NCBI GenBank assembly: GCA_019828565.1
Contig: JAHDYR010000022.1
Coordinates: 62,001 to 126,000, forward strand
Length of the DNA: 64,000 bases
Source: Carpediemonas membranifera BICM
Lineage: Eukaryota; Protista; Fornicata
Direction: 5' to 3'
The notes beneath the pieces were generated by a model. The model was not told the origin of the DNA. It made no database searches and saw only the letters and a list, made by a program, of their open reading frames with translations. Position numbers and translations under genes: made by a program. Every line of letters starts with the position of its first letter. Position 1 is the stretch's first letter. This document shows positions 38,813 to 49,949 of this stretch, one piece after another.

Positions 38813-41800
38813 ATGAAGGGAGAACCAGGGAAGGAAGGCTTCCCTGAGCATTCCAATGATCGAAATAGTAGTGATTTAGATCATACGATCATTGCGCAGC
38901 AGAATGGCACGATTGCTGCGCTATCGATCAAGGTAGACGAGTTGGAGGCCAATCTGGCTGAATCGTACTACGTTATCCAGGCTTTTCACAGCGAACGAGA
39001 AGCATGGGTGAAGTGGAGAACAGAACTGCAAAGCTATACGAAGGAGCTGGAGTCTCAGGCGCGTTCAAACGATGACCTGATCGTCGCTCTGAAGAAGCGC
39101 CTCAGTGCGGTCGAATCAACAGCTACCAGCCAGCAGAAGGACGCGTTAGCCAATATCCCACTTCCTGACACTGCTTCTGGGGAGGAACTCGCACCACCAC
39201 ACGCCCTGGAGCTTGATATGGTCGCCAAATCTTTCAAGGCAGAAGTCGCCCAATTAGAGGCTCAGCTTGCCGCATACAACGATGAAAAGGCTGAGGCTGA
39301 GCGGTACATGCGGGAGAGAGATGTCTTGGCCGCAGAGCTGGGTCGGGTCCGCGAGGCCGTCGATATGGGTGAGCCCCGAGACGGGTGCAAATCAAGTATC
39401 GAGAAGCAGGTCGCAGCATTGCACGCGGAGAAGAAATCACTTGAGGATGAGCTCATCGCGGTGGCTGAGCTGAACAAGGACGTCTGGCAGACACAACATG
39501 ACCTCGAGGGGGAGCTGGTTGGTCTCGCCGCCGAGAAGGCCGAGCTCGAGACGCGCCTCGCTGCGCTCTCCGAGGCATCGCTCCCAGCCGAGCCTGAAAG
39601 TCCGGCTGCATCCGAGCCGGGCACGCCTCGCCACAAGCACAGCAAGGGCCGCAAGGTCAACGCGGCCGAGCTCAAGGCGAAGGTGAACGATCTCCGCCAG
39701 GCCCGCGACGAACTGCGGCAGGCTCTCGACAAGGTCACCTCCGAGAAGGCCGCGCTCGAGACCCAGCTCGCTGAGGCCGAGGCCAGCCGCGAGTCGACCC
39801 AGGCCGAGCTCGAAGCGAAGCTCTCCGCCGTCACCGCCGAGAAGGACGCCCTCGAGACCAACGTCGACGGTCTCGCCGCCGAGAAGGCCGAGCTCGAGAC
39901 GCGCCTCGCTGCGCTCTCCGAGGCATCGCTCCCAGCCGAGCCTGAAAGTCCGGCTGCATCCGAGCCGGGCACGCCTCGCCACAAGCACAGCAAGGGCCGC
40001 AAGGTCAACGCGGCCGAGCTCAAGGCGAAGGTGAACGATCTCCGCCAGGCCCGCGACGAACTGCGGCAGGCTCTCGACAAGGTCATCTCCGAGAAGGCCG
40101 CGCTCGAGACCCAGCTCGCTGCCCAGACTGAGCTCGAGGACAAGCTTGCCGCGCTCGAGACCCAGCTCGCTGAGGCCGAGGCCAGCCGCGAGTCGACCCA
40201 GGCCGAGCTCGAAGCGAAGCTCTCCGCCGTCACCGCCGAGAAGGACGCCCTCGAGACCAACGTCGACGGTCTCGCCGCCGAGAAGGCCGAGCTCGAGACG
40301 CGCCTCGCTGCGCTCTCCGAGGCATCGCTCCCAGCCGAGCCTGAAAGTCCGGCTGCATCCGAGCCGGGCACGCCTCGCCACAAGCACAGCAAGGGCCGCA
40401 AGGTCAACGCGGCCGAGCTCAAGGCGAAGGTGAACGATCTCCGCCAGGCCCGCGACGAACTGCGGCAGGCTCTCGACAAGGTCACCTCCGAGAAGGCCGC
40501 GCTCGAGACCCAGCTCGCTGCCCAGACTGAGCTCGAGGACAAGCTTGCCGCGCTCGAGACCCAGCTCGCTGAGGCCGAGGCCAGCCGCGAGTCGACCCAG
40601 GCCGAGCTCGAAGCGAAGCTCTCCGCCGTCACCGCCGAGAAGGACGCCCTCGAGACCAACGTCGACGGTCTCGCCGCCGAGAAGGCCGAGCTCGAGACGC
40701 GCCTCGCTGCGCTCTCCGAGGCATCGCTCCCAGCCGAGCCTGAAAGTCCGGCTGCATCCGAGCCGGGCACGCCTCGCCACAAGCACAGCAAGGGCCGCAA
40801 GGTCAACGCGGCCGAGCTCAAGGCGAAGGTGAACGATCTCCGCCAGGCCCGCGACGAACTGCGGCAGGCTCTCGACAAGGTCACCTCCGAGAAGGCCGCG
40901 CTCGAGACCCAGCTCGCTGAGGCCGAGGCCAGCCGCGAGTCGACCCAGGCCGAGCTCGAAGCGAAGCTCTCCGCCGTCACCGCCGAGAAGGACGCCCTCG
41001 AGACCAACGTCGACGGTCTCGCCGCCGAGAAGGCCGAGCTCGAGACGCGCCTCGCTGCGCTCTCCGAGGCATCGCTCCCAGCCGAGCCTGAAAGTCCGGC
41101 TGCATCCGAGCCGGGCACGCCTCGCCACAAGCACAGCAAGGGCCGCAAGGTCAACGCGGCCGAGCTCAAGGCGAAGGTGAACGATCTCCGCCAGGCCCGC
41201 GACGAACTGCGGCAGGCTCTCGACAAGGTCATCTCCGAGAAGGCCGCGCTCGAGACCCAGCTCGCTGCCCAGACTGAGCTCGAGGACAAGCTTGCCGCGC
41301 TCGAGACCCAGCTCGCTGAGGCCGAGGCCAGCCGCGAGTCGACCCAGGCCGAGCTCGAAGCGAAGCTCTCCGCCGTCACCGCCGAGAAGGACGCCCTCGA
41401 GACCAACGTCGACGGTCTCGCCGCCGAGAAGGCCGAGCTCGAGACGCGCCTCGCTGCGCTCTCCGAGGCATCGCTCCCAGCCGAGCCTGAAAGTCCGGCT
41501 GCATCCGAGCCGGGCACGCCTCGCCACAAGCACAGCAAGGGCCGCAAGGTCAACGCGGCCGAGCTCAAGGCGAAGGTGAACGATCTCCGCCAGGCCCGCG
41601 ACGAACTGCGGCAGGCTCTCGACAAGGTCACCTCCGAGAAGGCCGCGCTCGAGACCCAGCTCGCTGCCCAGACTGAGCTCGAGGACAAGCTTGCCGCGCT
41701 CGAGACCCAGCTCGCTGAGGCCGAGGCCAGCCGCGAGTCGACCCAGGCCGAGCTCGAAGCGAAGCTCTCCGCCGTCACCGCCGAGAAGGACGCCCTCGAG

Positions 41801-44800
41801 ACCAACGTCGACGGTCTCGCCGCCGAGAAGGCCGAGCTCGAGACGCGCCTCGCTGCGCTCTCCGAGGCATCGCTCCCAGCCGAGCCTGAAAGTCCGGCTG
41901 CATCCGAGCCGGGCACGCCTCGCCACAAGCACAGCAAGGGCCGCAAGGTCAACGCGGCCGAGCTCAAGGCGAAGGTGAACGATCTCCGCCAGGCCCGCGA
42001 CGAACTGCGGCAGGCTCTCGACAAGGTCATCTCCGAGAAGGCCGCGCTCGAGACCCAGCTCGCTGAGGCCGAGGCCAGCTGCGAGTCGACCCAGGCCGAG
42101 CTCGAAGCGAAGCTCTCCGCCGTCACCGCCGAGAAGGACGCCCTCGAGACCAACGTCGACGGTCTCGCCGCCGAGAAGGCCGAGCTCGAGACGCGCCTCG
42201 CTGCGCTCTCCGAGGCATCGCTCCCAGCCGAGCCTGAAAGTCCGGCTGCATCCGAGCCGGGCACGCCTCGCCACAAGCACAGCAAGGGCCGCAAGGTCAA
42301 CGCGGCCGAGCTCAAGGCGAAGGTGAACGATCTCCGCCAGGCCCGCGACGAACTGCGGCAGGCTCTCGACAAGGTCACCTCCGAGAAGGCCGCGCTCGAG
42401 ACCCAGCTCGCTGCCCAGACTGAGCTCGAGGACAAGCTTGCCGCGCTCGAGACCCAGCTCGCTGAGGCCGAGGCCAGCCGCGAGTCGACCCAGGCCGAGC
42501 TCGAAGCGAAGCTCTCCGCCGTCACCGCCGAGAAGGACGCCCTCGAGACCAACGTCGACGGTCTCGCCGCCGAGAAGGCCGAGCTCGAGACGCGCCTCGC
42601 TGCGCTCTCCGAGGCATCGCTCCCAGCCGAGCCTGAAAGTCCGGCTGCATCCGAGCCGGGCACGCCTCGCCACAAGCACAGCAAGGGCCGCAAGGTCAAC
42701 GCGGCCGAGCTCAAGGCGAAGGTGAACGATCTCCGCCAGGCCCGCGACGAACTGCGGCAGGCTCTCGACAAGGTCACCTCCGAGAAGGCCGCGCTCGAGA
42801 CCCAGCTCGCTGCCCAGACTGAGCTCGAGGACAAGCTTGCCGCGCTCGAGGCCCAGCTCGCTGAGGCCGAGGCCAGCCGCGAGTCGACCCAGGCCGAGCT
42901 CGAAGCGAAGCTCTCCGCCGTCACCGCCGAGAAGGACGCCCTCGAGACCAACGTCGACGGTCTCGCCGCCGAGAAGGCCGAGCTCGAGACGCGCCTCGCT
43001 GCGCTCTCCGAGGCATCGCTCCCAGCCGAGCCTGAAAGTCCGGCTGCATCCGAGCCGGGCACGCCTCGCCACAAGCACAGCAAGGGCCGCAAGGTCAACG
43101 CGGCCGAGCTCAAGGCGAAGGTGAACGATCTCCGCCAGGCCCGCGACGAACTGCGGCAGGCTCTCGACAAGGTCACCTCCGAGAAGGCCGCGCTCGAGAC
43201 CCAGCTCGCTGCCCAGACTGAGCTCGAGGACAAGCTTGCCGCGCTCGAGACCCAGCTCGCTGAGGCCGAGGCCAGCCGCGAGTCGACCCAGGCCGAGCTC
43301 GAAGCGAAGCTCTCCGCCGTCACCGCCGAGAAGGACGCCCTCGAGACCAACGTCGACGGTCTCGCCGCCGAGAAGGCCGAGCTCGAGACGCGCCTCGCTG
43401 CGCTCTCCGAGGCATCGCTCCCAGCCGAGCCTGAAAGTCCGGCTGCATCCGAGCCGGGCACGCCTCGCCACAAGCACAGCAAGGGCCGCAAGGTCAACGC
43501 GGCCGAGCTCAAGGCGAAGGTGAACGATCTCCGCCAGGCCCGCGACGAACTGCGGCAGGCTCTCGACAAGGTCACCTCCGAGAAGGCCGCGCTCGAGACC
43601 CAGCTCGCTGCCCAGACTGAGCTCGAGGACAAGCTTGCCGCGCTCGAGACCCAGCTCGCTGAGGCCGAGGCCAGCCGCGAGTCGACCCAGGCCGAGCTCG
43701 AAGCGAAGCTCTCCGCCGTCACCGCCGAGAAGGACGCCCTCGAGACCAACGTCGACGGTCTCGCCGCCGAGAAGGCCGAGCTCGAGACGCGCCTCGCTGC
43801 GCTCTCCGAGGCATCGCTCCCAGCCGAGCCTGAAAGTCCGGCTGCATCCGAGCCGGGCACGCCTCGCCACAAGCACAGCAAGGGCCGCAAGGTCAACGCG
43901 GCCGAGCTCAAGGCGAAGGTGAACGATCTCCGCCAGGCCCGCGACGAACTGCGGCAGGCTCTCGACAAGGTCACCTCCGAGAAGGCCGCGCTCGAGACCC
44001 AGCTCGCTGCCCAGACTGAGCTCGAGGACAAGCTTGCCGCGCTCGAGACCCAGCTCGCTGAGGCCGAGGCCAGCCGCGAGTCGACCCAGGCCGAGCTCGA
44101 AGCGAAGCTCTCCGCCGTCACCGCCGAGAAGGACGCCCTCGAGACCAACGTCGACGGTCTCGCCGCCGAGAAGGCCGAGCTCGAGACGCGCCTCGCTGCG
44201 CTCTCCGAGGCATCGCTCCCAGCCGAGCCTGAAAGTCCGGCTGCATCCGAGCCGGGCACGCCTCGCCACAAGCACAGCAAGGGCCGCAAGGTCAACGCGG
44301 CCGAGCTCAAGGCGAAGGTGAACGATCTCCGCCAGGCCCGCGACGAACTGCGGCAGGCTCTCGACAAGGTCACCTCCGAGAAGGCCGCGCTCGAGACCCA
44401 GCTCGCTGCCCAGACTGAGCTCGAGGACAAGCTTGCCGCGCTCGAGGCCCAGCTCGCTGAGGCCGAGGCCAGCCGCGAGTCGACCCAGGCCGAGCTCGAA
44501 GCGAAGCTCTCCGCCGTCACCGCCGAGAAGGACGCCCTCGAGACCAACGTCGACGGTCTCGCCGCCGAGAAGGCCGAGCTCGAGACGCGCCTCGCTGCGC
44601 TCTCCGAGGCATCGCTCCCAGCCGAGCCTGAAAGTCCGGCTGCATCCGAGCCGGGCACGCCTCGCCACAAGCACAGCAAGGGCCGCAAGGTCAACGCGGC
44701 CGAGCTCAAGGCGAAGGTGAACGATCTCCGCCAGGCCCGCGACGAACTGCGGCAGGCTCTCGACAAGGTCACCTCCGAGAAGGCCGCGCTCGAGACCCAG

Positions 44801-47800
44801 CTCGCTGCCCAGACTGAGCTCGAGGACAAGCTTGCCGCGCTCGAGACCCAGCTCGCTGAGGCCGAGGCCAGCCGCGAGTCGACCCAGGCCGAGCTCGAAG
44901 CGAAGCTCTCCGCCGTCACCGCCGAGAAGGACGCCCTCGAGACCAACGTCGACGGTCTCGCCGCCGAGAAGGCCGAGCTCGAGACGCGCCTCGCTGCGCT
45001 CTCCGAGGCATCGCTCCCAGCCGAGCCTGAAAGTCCGGCTGCATCCGAGCCGGGCACGCCTCGCCACAAGCACAGCAAGGGCCGCAAGGTCAACGCGGCC
45101 GAGCTCAAGGCGAAGGTGAACGATCTCCGCCAGGCCCGCGACGAACTGCGGCAGGCTCTCGACAAGGTCACCTCCGAGAAGGCCGCGCTCGAGACCCAGC
45201 TCGCTGCCCAGACTGAGCTCGAGGACAAGCTTGCCGCGCTCGAGACCCAGCTCGCTGAGGCCGAGGCCAGCCGCGAGTCGACCCAGGCCGAGCTCGAAGC
45301 GAAGCTCTCCGCCGTCACCGCCGAGAAGGACGCCCTCGAGACCAACGTCGACGGTCTCGCCGCCGAGAAGGCCGAGCTCGAGACGCGCCTCGCTGCGCTC
45401 TCCGAGGCATCGCTCCCAGCCGAGCCTGAAAGTCCGGCTGCATCCGAGCCGGGCACGCCTCGCCACAAGCACAGCAAGGGCCGCAAGGTCAACGCGGCCG
45501 AGCTCAAGGCGAAGGTGAACGATCTCCGCCAGGCCCGCGACGAACTGCGGCAGGCTCTCGACAAGGTCACCTCCGAGAAGGCCGCGCTCGAGACCCAGCT
45601 CGCTGCCCAGACTGAGCTCGAGGACAAGCTTGCCGCGCTCGAGACCCAGCTCGCTGAGGCCGAGGCCAGCCGCGAGTCGACCCAGGCCGAGCTCGAAGCG
45701 AAGCTCTCCGCCGTCACCGCCGAGAAGGACGCCCTCGAGACCAACGTCGACGGTCTCGCCGCCGAGAAGGCCGAGCTCGAGACGCGCCTCGCTGCGCTCT
45801 CCGAGGCATCGCTCCCAGCCGAGCCTGAAAGTCCGGCTGCATCCGAGCCGGGCACGCCTCGCCACAAGCACAGCAAGGGCCGCAAGGTCAACGCGGCCGA
45901 GCTCAAGGCGAAGGTGAACGATCTCCGCCAGGCCCGCGACGAACTGCGGCAGGCTCTCGACAAGGTCACCTCCGAGAAGGCCGCGCTCGAGACCCAGCTC
46001 GCTGCCCAGACTGAGCTCGAGGACAAGCTTGCCGCGCTCGAGACCCAGCTCGCTGAGGCCGAGGCCAGCCGCGAGTCGACCCAGGCCGACCTCGAGAAGA
46101 AGCTCGACGCCCTCCGCGCTGAGAAGGATACTCTCGAGACCAAGATCGCCTCGGTCACCTCCGAGAAGGACGCTCTTGAGACCCGCCTTGACGAGACCGC
46201 CAAGGACCGCGACTCGACCCAGGCCGACCTCGAGAAGAAGCTCGACGCCCTCCGCGCTGAGAAGGACGCTCTTGAGACCCGCCTTGACGAGACCACCAAG
46301 GACCGCGACTCGACCCAGGCCGACCTCGAGAAGAAGCTCGACGCCCTCCGCGCTGAGAAGGACGCTCTTGAGACCAAGATCGCCTCGGTCACCTCCGAGA
46401 AGGACGCTCTTGAGACCCGCCTTGACGAGACCGCCAAGGACCGCGACTCGACCCAGACCGACCTCGAGAAGAAGCTCGACGCCCTCCGCGCTGAGAAGGA
46501 CGCTCTTGAGACCCGCCTTGACGAGACCACCAAGGACCGCGACTCGACCCAGGCCGACCTCGAGAAGAAGCTCGACGCCCTCCGCGCTGAGAAGGACGCT
46601 CTTGAGACCCGCCTTGACGAGACCGCCAAGGACCGCGACTCGACCCAGGCCGACCTCGAGAAGAAGCTCGACGCCCTCCGCGCTGAGAAGGACGCTCTTG
46701 AGACCAAGATCGCCTCGGTCACCTCCGAGAAGGACGCTCTTGAGACCCGCCTTGACGAGACCACCAAGGACCGCGACTCGACCCAGGCCGACCTCGAGAA
46801 GAAGCTCGACGCCCTCCGCGCTGAGAAGGACGCTCTTGAGACCCGCCTTGACGAGACCGCCAAGGACCGCGACTCGACCCAGGCCGACCTCGAGAAGAAG
46901 CTCGACGCCCTCCGCGCTGAGAAGGACGCTCTTGAGACCCGCCTTGACGAGACCGCCAAGGACCGCGACTCGACCCAGGCCGACCTCGAGAAGAAGCTCG
47001 ACGCCCTCCGCGCTGAGAAGGATACTCTCGAGACCAAGATCGCCTCGGTCACCTCCGAGAAGGACGCTCTTGAGACCCGCCTTGACGAGACCGCCAAGGA
47101 CCGCGACTCGACCCAGGCCGACCTCGAGAAGAAGCTCGACGCCCTCCGCGCTGAGAAGGACGCTCTTGAGACCCGCCTTGACGAGACCGCCAAGGACCGC
47201 GACTCGACCCAGGCCGACCTCGAGAAGAAGCTCGACGCCCTCCGCGCTGAGAAGGATACTCTCGAGACCCGCCTTGACGAGACCGCCAAGGACCGCGACT
47301 CGACCCAGGCCGACCTCGAGAAGAAGCTCGACGCCCTCCGCGCTGAGAAGGACGCTCTTGAGACCCGCCTTGACGAGACCACCAAGGACCGCGACTCGAC
47401 CCAGGCCGACCTCGAGAAGAAGCTCGACGCCCTCCGCGCTGAGAAGGACGCTCTTGAGACCCGCCTTGACGAGACCGCCAAGGACCGCGACTCGACCCAG
47501 GCCGACCTCGAGAAGAAGCTCGACGCCCTCCGCGCTGAGAAGGACGCTCTTGAGACCCGCCTTGACGAGACCACCAAGGACCGCGACTCGACCCAGGCCG
47601 ACCTCGAGAAGAAGCTCGACGCCCTCCGCGCTGAGAAGGATACTCTCGAGACCAAGATCGCCTCGGTCACCTCCGAGAAGGACGCTCTTGAGACCCACCT
47701 TGACGAGACCACCAAGGACCGCGACTCGACCCAGGCCGACCTCGAGAAGAAGCTCGACGCCCTCCGCGCTGAGAAGGACGCTCTTGAGACCCGCCTTGAC

Positions 47801-49846
47801 GAGACCACCAAGGACCGCGACTCGACCCAGGCCGACCTCGAGAAGAAGCTCGACGCCCTCCGCGCTGAGAAGGACGCTCTTGAGACCCGCCTTGACGAGA
47901 CCGCCAAGGACCGCGACTCGACCCAGGCCGACCTCGAGAAGAAGCTCGACGCCCTCCGCGCTGAGAAGGATACTCTCGAGACCCGCCTTGACGAGACCGC
48001 CAAGGACCGCGACTCGACCCAGGCCGACCTCGAGAAGAAGCTCGACGCCCTCCGCGCTGAGAAGGACGCTCTTGAGACCCGCCTTGACGAGACCACCAAG
48101 GACCGCGACTCGACCCAGGCCGACCTCGAGAAGAAGCTCGACGCCCTCCGCGCTGAGAAGGACGCTCTTGAGACCAAGATCGCCTCGGTCACCTCCGAGA
48201 AGGACGCTCTTGAGACCCGCCTTGACGAGACCACCAAGGACCGCGACTCGACCCAGGCCGACCTCGAGAAGAAGCTCGACGCCCTCCGCGCTGAGAAGGA
48301 TACTCTCGAGACCCGCCTTGACGAGACCGCCAAGGACCGCGACTCGACCCAGGCCGACCTCGAGAAGAAGCTCGACGCCCTCCGCGCTGAGAAGGATACT
48401 CTCGAGACCAAGATCGCCTCGGTCACCTCCGAGAAGGACGCTCTTGAGACCCACCTTGACGAGACCACCAAGGACCGCGACTCGACCCAGGCCGACCTCG
48501 AGAAGAAGCTCGACGCCCTCCGCGCTGAGAAGGACGCTCTTGAGACCCGCCTTGACGAGACCACCAAGGACCGCGACTCGACCCAGGCCGACCTCGAGAA
48601 GAAGCTCGACGCCCTCCGCGCTGAGAAGGACGCTCTTGAGACCCGCCTTGACGAGACCGCCAAGGACCGCGACTCGACCCAGGCCGACCTCGAGAAGAAG
48701 CTCGACGCCCTCCGCGCTGAGAAGGACGCTCTTGAGACCCGCCTTGACGAGACCGCCAAGGACCGCGACTCGACCCAGGCCGACCTCGAGAAGAAGCTCG
48801 ACGCCCTCCGCGCTGAGAAGGATACTCTCGAGACCAAGATCGCCTCGGTCACCTCCGAGAAGGACGCTCTTGAGACCCGCCTTGACGAGACCGCCAAGGA
48901 CCGCGACTCGACCCAGGCCGACCTCGAGAAGAAGCTCGACGCCCTCCGCGCTGAGAAGGACGCTCTTGAGACCAAGATCGCCCAGTCCAGGTCGGAGAAC
49001 CAGACTCTGTCCTCAGCCCGAGCCCTGTTGGAGAAGCAGCTCGAGGAGTCCGTCCAGACGATCGGGGACCTTGAGGCGACCCGCGCCGAGCTCTCATCCT
49101 CTATCGAGTCCATCCGGGCTGAGAATGCAGCGCTGCATGCGAAGCTAGTGGAAGCATCCGATGGACACTCGCTTGAGTTCAAGCTCGCTGTCTCTGAGAA
49201 GCGGCGTCTCGAGAACGTCAACACTGCGCTACACCAGGAAATCGCCAAGGCCAAGGGTATCGCACAGCATATCAATGAGGGCCTAGGCCTGGCCCCACAC
49301 GCATCGGCCGACCTGGCGCTCAGGAGGATCAATGACATGCGTGTGATGATCGTCGGCAAGACTGAGCGGGCCCGCACAGCAGAACCGGTTAGGCCCCCAG
49401 CTGTCACCCCGACTTTACTAGGCCGCACTACGCCCAGGAGACCATCCCTGGTTGATACTAGGGTCCCTGGCCCAGACTCAACCCTAGCTACAACAGTACC
49501 GCCGCGGGCATCGGACTATAGGCCTAGGGCTGGGCGCCAGGACACTGGAAGGGCAGGGGCGTCGTACAGCGACTACTACGCCCCCAGTAAGGGTACCCAT
49601 CCGCCTGCCGGGGATCCAAGACGGAGTATGGATGCCGCAGAGGCCAAGGTCGCCTACCTTGAGGCCGGCCTGGCAGCAATGGCCTCCCGATTCACCAGGA
49701 CTCCTGCATCCAACGGACGGGAGTCACACGCCCGCGGTGCCCGCAGAGAGCCAAGAGATGAGAACACGCACCTTAAGGTCGAGTCGCCTGTGCCAAGACG
49801 GCAGGCCGAGGTCGTTGCCTTCATGTCGAAGCTGCGGTCGAAATGA
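38813..49846 (+). CDS. Giant (3677 aa) repeat-expanded coiled-coil protein, probably cytoskeletal
   Basis: Uninterrupted ORF with unique N- and C-termini and two in-frame repeat arrays. Confidence 0.85.
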   Translation: MKGEPGKEGFPEHSNDRNSSDLDHTIIAQQNGTIAALSIKVDELEANLAESYYVIQAFHSEREAWVKWRTELQSYTKELESQARSNDDLIVALKKRLSAVESTATSQQKDALANIPLPDTASGEELAPPHALELDMVAKSFKAEVAQLEAQLAAYNDEKAEAERYMRERDVLAAELGRVREAVDMGEPRDGCKSSIEKQVAALHAEKKSLEDELIAVAELNKDVWQTQHDLEGELVGLAAEKAELETRLAALSEASLPAEPESPAASEPGTPRHKHSKGRKVNAAELKAKVNDLRQARDELRQALDKVTSEKAALETQLAEAEASRESTQAELEAKLSAVTAEKDALETNVDGLAAEKAELETRLAALSEASLPAEPESPAASEPGTPRHKHSKGRKVNAAELKAKVNDLRQARDELRQALDKVISEKAALETQLAAQTELEDKLAALETQLAEAEASRESTQAELEAKLSAVTAEKDALETNVDGLAAEKAELETRLAALSEASLPAEPESPAASEPGTPRHKHSKGRKVNAAELKAKVNDLRQARDELRQALDKVTSEKAALETQLAAQTELEDKLAALETQLAEAEASRESTQAELEAKLSAVTAEKDALETNVDGLAAEKAELETRLAALSEASLPAEPESPAASEPGTPRHKHSKGRKVNAAELKAKVNDLRQARDELRQALDKVTSEKAALETQLAEAEASRESTQAELEAKLSAVTAEKDALETNVDGLAAEKAELETRLAALSEASLPAEPESPAASEPGTPRHKHSKGRKVNAAELKAKVNDLRQARDELRQALDKVISEKAALETQLAAQTELEDKLAALETQLAEAEASRESTQAELEAKLSAVTAEKDALETNVDGLAAEKAELETRLAALSEASLPAEPESPAASEPGTPRHKHSKGRKVNAAELKAKVNDLRQARDELRQALDKVTSEKAALETQLAAQTELEDKLAALETQLAEAEASRESTQAELEAKLSAVTAEKDALETNVDGLAAEKAELETRLAALSEASLPAEPESPAASEPGTPRHKHSKGRKVNAAELKAKVNDLRQARDELRQALDKVISEKAALETQLAEAEASCESTQAELEAKLSAVTAEKDALETNVDGLAAEKAELETRLAALSEASLPAEPESPAASEPGTPRHKHSKGRKVNAAELKAKVNDLRQARDELRQALDKVTSEKAALETQLAAQTELEDKLAALETQLAEAEASRESTQAELEAKLSAVTAEKDALETNVDGLAAEKAELETRLAALSEASLPAEPESPAASEPGTPRHKHSKGRKVNAAELKAKVNDLRQARDELRQALDKVTSEKAALETQLAAQTELEDKLAALEAQLAEAEASRESTQAELEAKLSAVTAEKDALETNVDGLAAEKAELETRLAALSEASLPAEPESPAASEPGTPRHKHSKGRKVNAAELKAKVNDLRQARDELRQALDKVTSEKAALETQLAAQTELEDKLAALETQLAEAEASRESTQAELEAKLSAVTAEKDALETNVDGLAAEKAELETRLAALSEASLPAEPESPAASEPGTPRHKHSKGRKVNAAELKAKVNDLRQARDELRQALDKVTSEKAALETQLAAQTELEDKLAALETQLAEAEASRESTQAELEAKLSAVTAEKDALETNVDGLAAEKAELETRLAALSEASLPAEPESPAASEPGTPRHKHSKGRKVNAAELKAKVNDLRQARDELRQALDKVTSEKAALETQLAAQTELEDKLAALETQLAEAEASRESTQAELEAKLSAVTAEKDALETNVDGLAAEKAELETRLAALSEASLPAEPESPAASEPGTPRHKHSKGRKVNAAELKAKVNDLRQARDELRQALDKVTSEKAALETQLAAQTELEDKLAALEAQLAEAEASRESTQAELEAKLSAVTAEKDALETNVDGLAAEKAELETRLAALSEASLPAEPESPAASEPGTPRHKHSKGRKVNAAELKAKVNDLRQARDELRQALDKVTSEKAALETQLAAQTELEDKLAALETQLAEAEASRESTQAELEAKLSAVTAEKDALETNVDGLAAEKAELETRLAALSEASLPAEPESPAASEPGTPRHKHSKGRKVNAAELKAKVNDLRQARDELRQALDKVTSEKAALETQLAAQTELEDKLAALETQLAEAEASRESTQAELEAKLSAVTAEKDALETNVDGLAAEKAELETRLAALSEASLPAEPESPAASEPGTPRHKHSKGRKVNAAELKAKVNDLRQARDELRQALDKVTSEKAALETQLAAQTELEDKLAALETQLAEAEASRESTQAELEAKLSAVTAEKDALETNVDGLAAEKAELETRLAALSEASLPAEPESPAASEPGTPRHKHSKGRKVNAAELKAKVNDLRQARDELRQALDKVTSEKAALETQLAAQTELEDKLAALETQLAEAEASRESTQADLEKKLDALRAEKDTLETKIASVTSEKDALETRLDETAKDRDSTQADLEKKLDALRAEKDALETRLDETTKDRDSTQADLEKKLDALRAEKDALETKIASVTSEKDALETRLDETAKDRDSTQTDLEKKLDALRAEKDALETRLDETTKDRDSTQADLEKKLDALRAEKDALETRLDETAKDRDSTQADLEKKLDALRAEKDALETKIASVTSEKDALETRLDETTKDRDSTQADLEKKLDALRAEKDALETRLDETAKDRDSTQADLEKKLDALRAEKDALETRLDETAKDRDSTQADLEKKLDALRAEKDTLETKIASVTSEKDALETRLDETAKDRDSTQADLEKKLDALRAEKDALETRLDETAKDRDSTQADLEKKLDALRAEKDTLETRLDETAKDRDSTQADLEKKLDALRAEKDALETRLDETTKDRDSTQADLEKKLDALRAEKDALETRLDETAKDRDSTQADLEKKLDALRAEKDALETRLDETTKDRDSTQADLEKKLDALRAEKDTLETKIASVTSEKDALETHLDETTKDRDSTQADLEKKLDALRAEKDALETRLDETTKDRDSTQADLEKKLDALRAEKDALETRLDETAKDRDSTQADLEKKLDALRAEKDTLETRLDETAKDRDSTQADLEKKLDALRAEKDALETRLDETTKDRDSTQADLEKKLDALRAEKDALETKIASVTSEKDALETRLDETTKDRDSTQADLEKKLDALRAEKDTLETRLDETAKDRDSTQADLEKKLDALRAEKDTLETKIASVTSEKDALETHLDETTKDRDSTQADLEKKLDALRAEKDALETRLDETTKDRDSTQADLEKKLDALRAEKDALETRLDETAKDRDSTQADLEKKLDALRAEKDALETRLDETAKDRDSTQADLEKKLDALRAEKDTLETKIASVTSEKDALETRLDETAKDRDSTQADLEKKLDALRAEKDALETKIAQSRSENQTLSSARALLEKQLEESVQTIGDLEATRAELSSSIESIRAENAALHAKLVEASDGHSLEFKLAVSEKRRLENVNTALHQEIAKAKGIAQHINEGLGLAPHASADLALRRINDMRVMIVGKTERARTAEPVRPPAVTPTLLGRTTPRRPSLVDTRVPGPDSTLATTVPPRASDYRPRAGRQDTGRAGASYSDYYAPSKGTHPPAGDPRRSMDAAEAKVAYLEAGLAAMASRFTRTPASNGRESHARGARREPRDENTHLKVESPVPRRQAEVVAFMSKLRSK
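39521..46088. repeat. Tandem array A: 17 units of 399 bp (14 copies) or 348 bp (3 copies)
   Basis: The HKHSKGRK-coding motif recurs at spacings 348,399,399,348,399,399,348, then 399 nine times. Confidence 0.95.
46074..48980. repeat. Tandem array B: about 27 units of 96 bp (32 aa) with eight optional 42-bp (KIASVTSEKDALET) inserts
   Basis: RLDET[A/T]KDRDSTQADLEKKLDALRAEKD[A/T]LET repeated. Confidence 0.93.
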
Positions 49847-49949
49847 TTGTGTTAGAATAGATCCCATTGTTTGGGATCAGCTGTAGATAGCATTAAAATG
49901 ATTTTATCATCGTCACGCTCTATATTTATAAGAGGCGAGAGACTAAGGG

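Noticed and set aside
39262-49428. Very long antisense and alternate-frame ORFs (3388, 3005 and 1039 aa) over the giant gene
   Set aside because: Shadow ORFs caused by stop-free repeat units and GC3 bias; the translations are Ser/Arg- or Leu/Gly-rich and low complexity.
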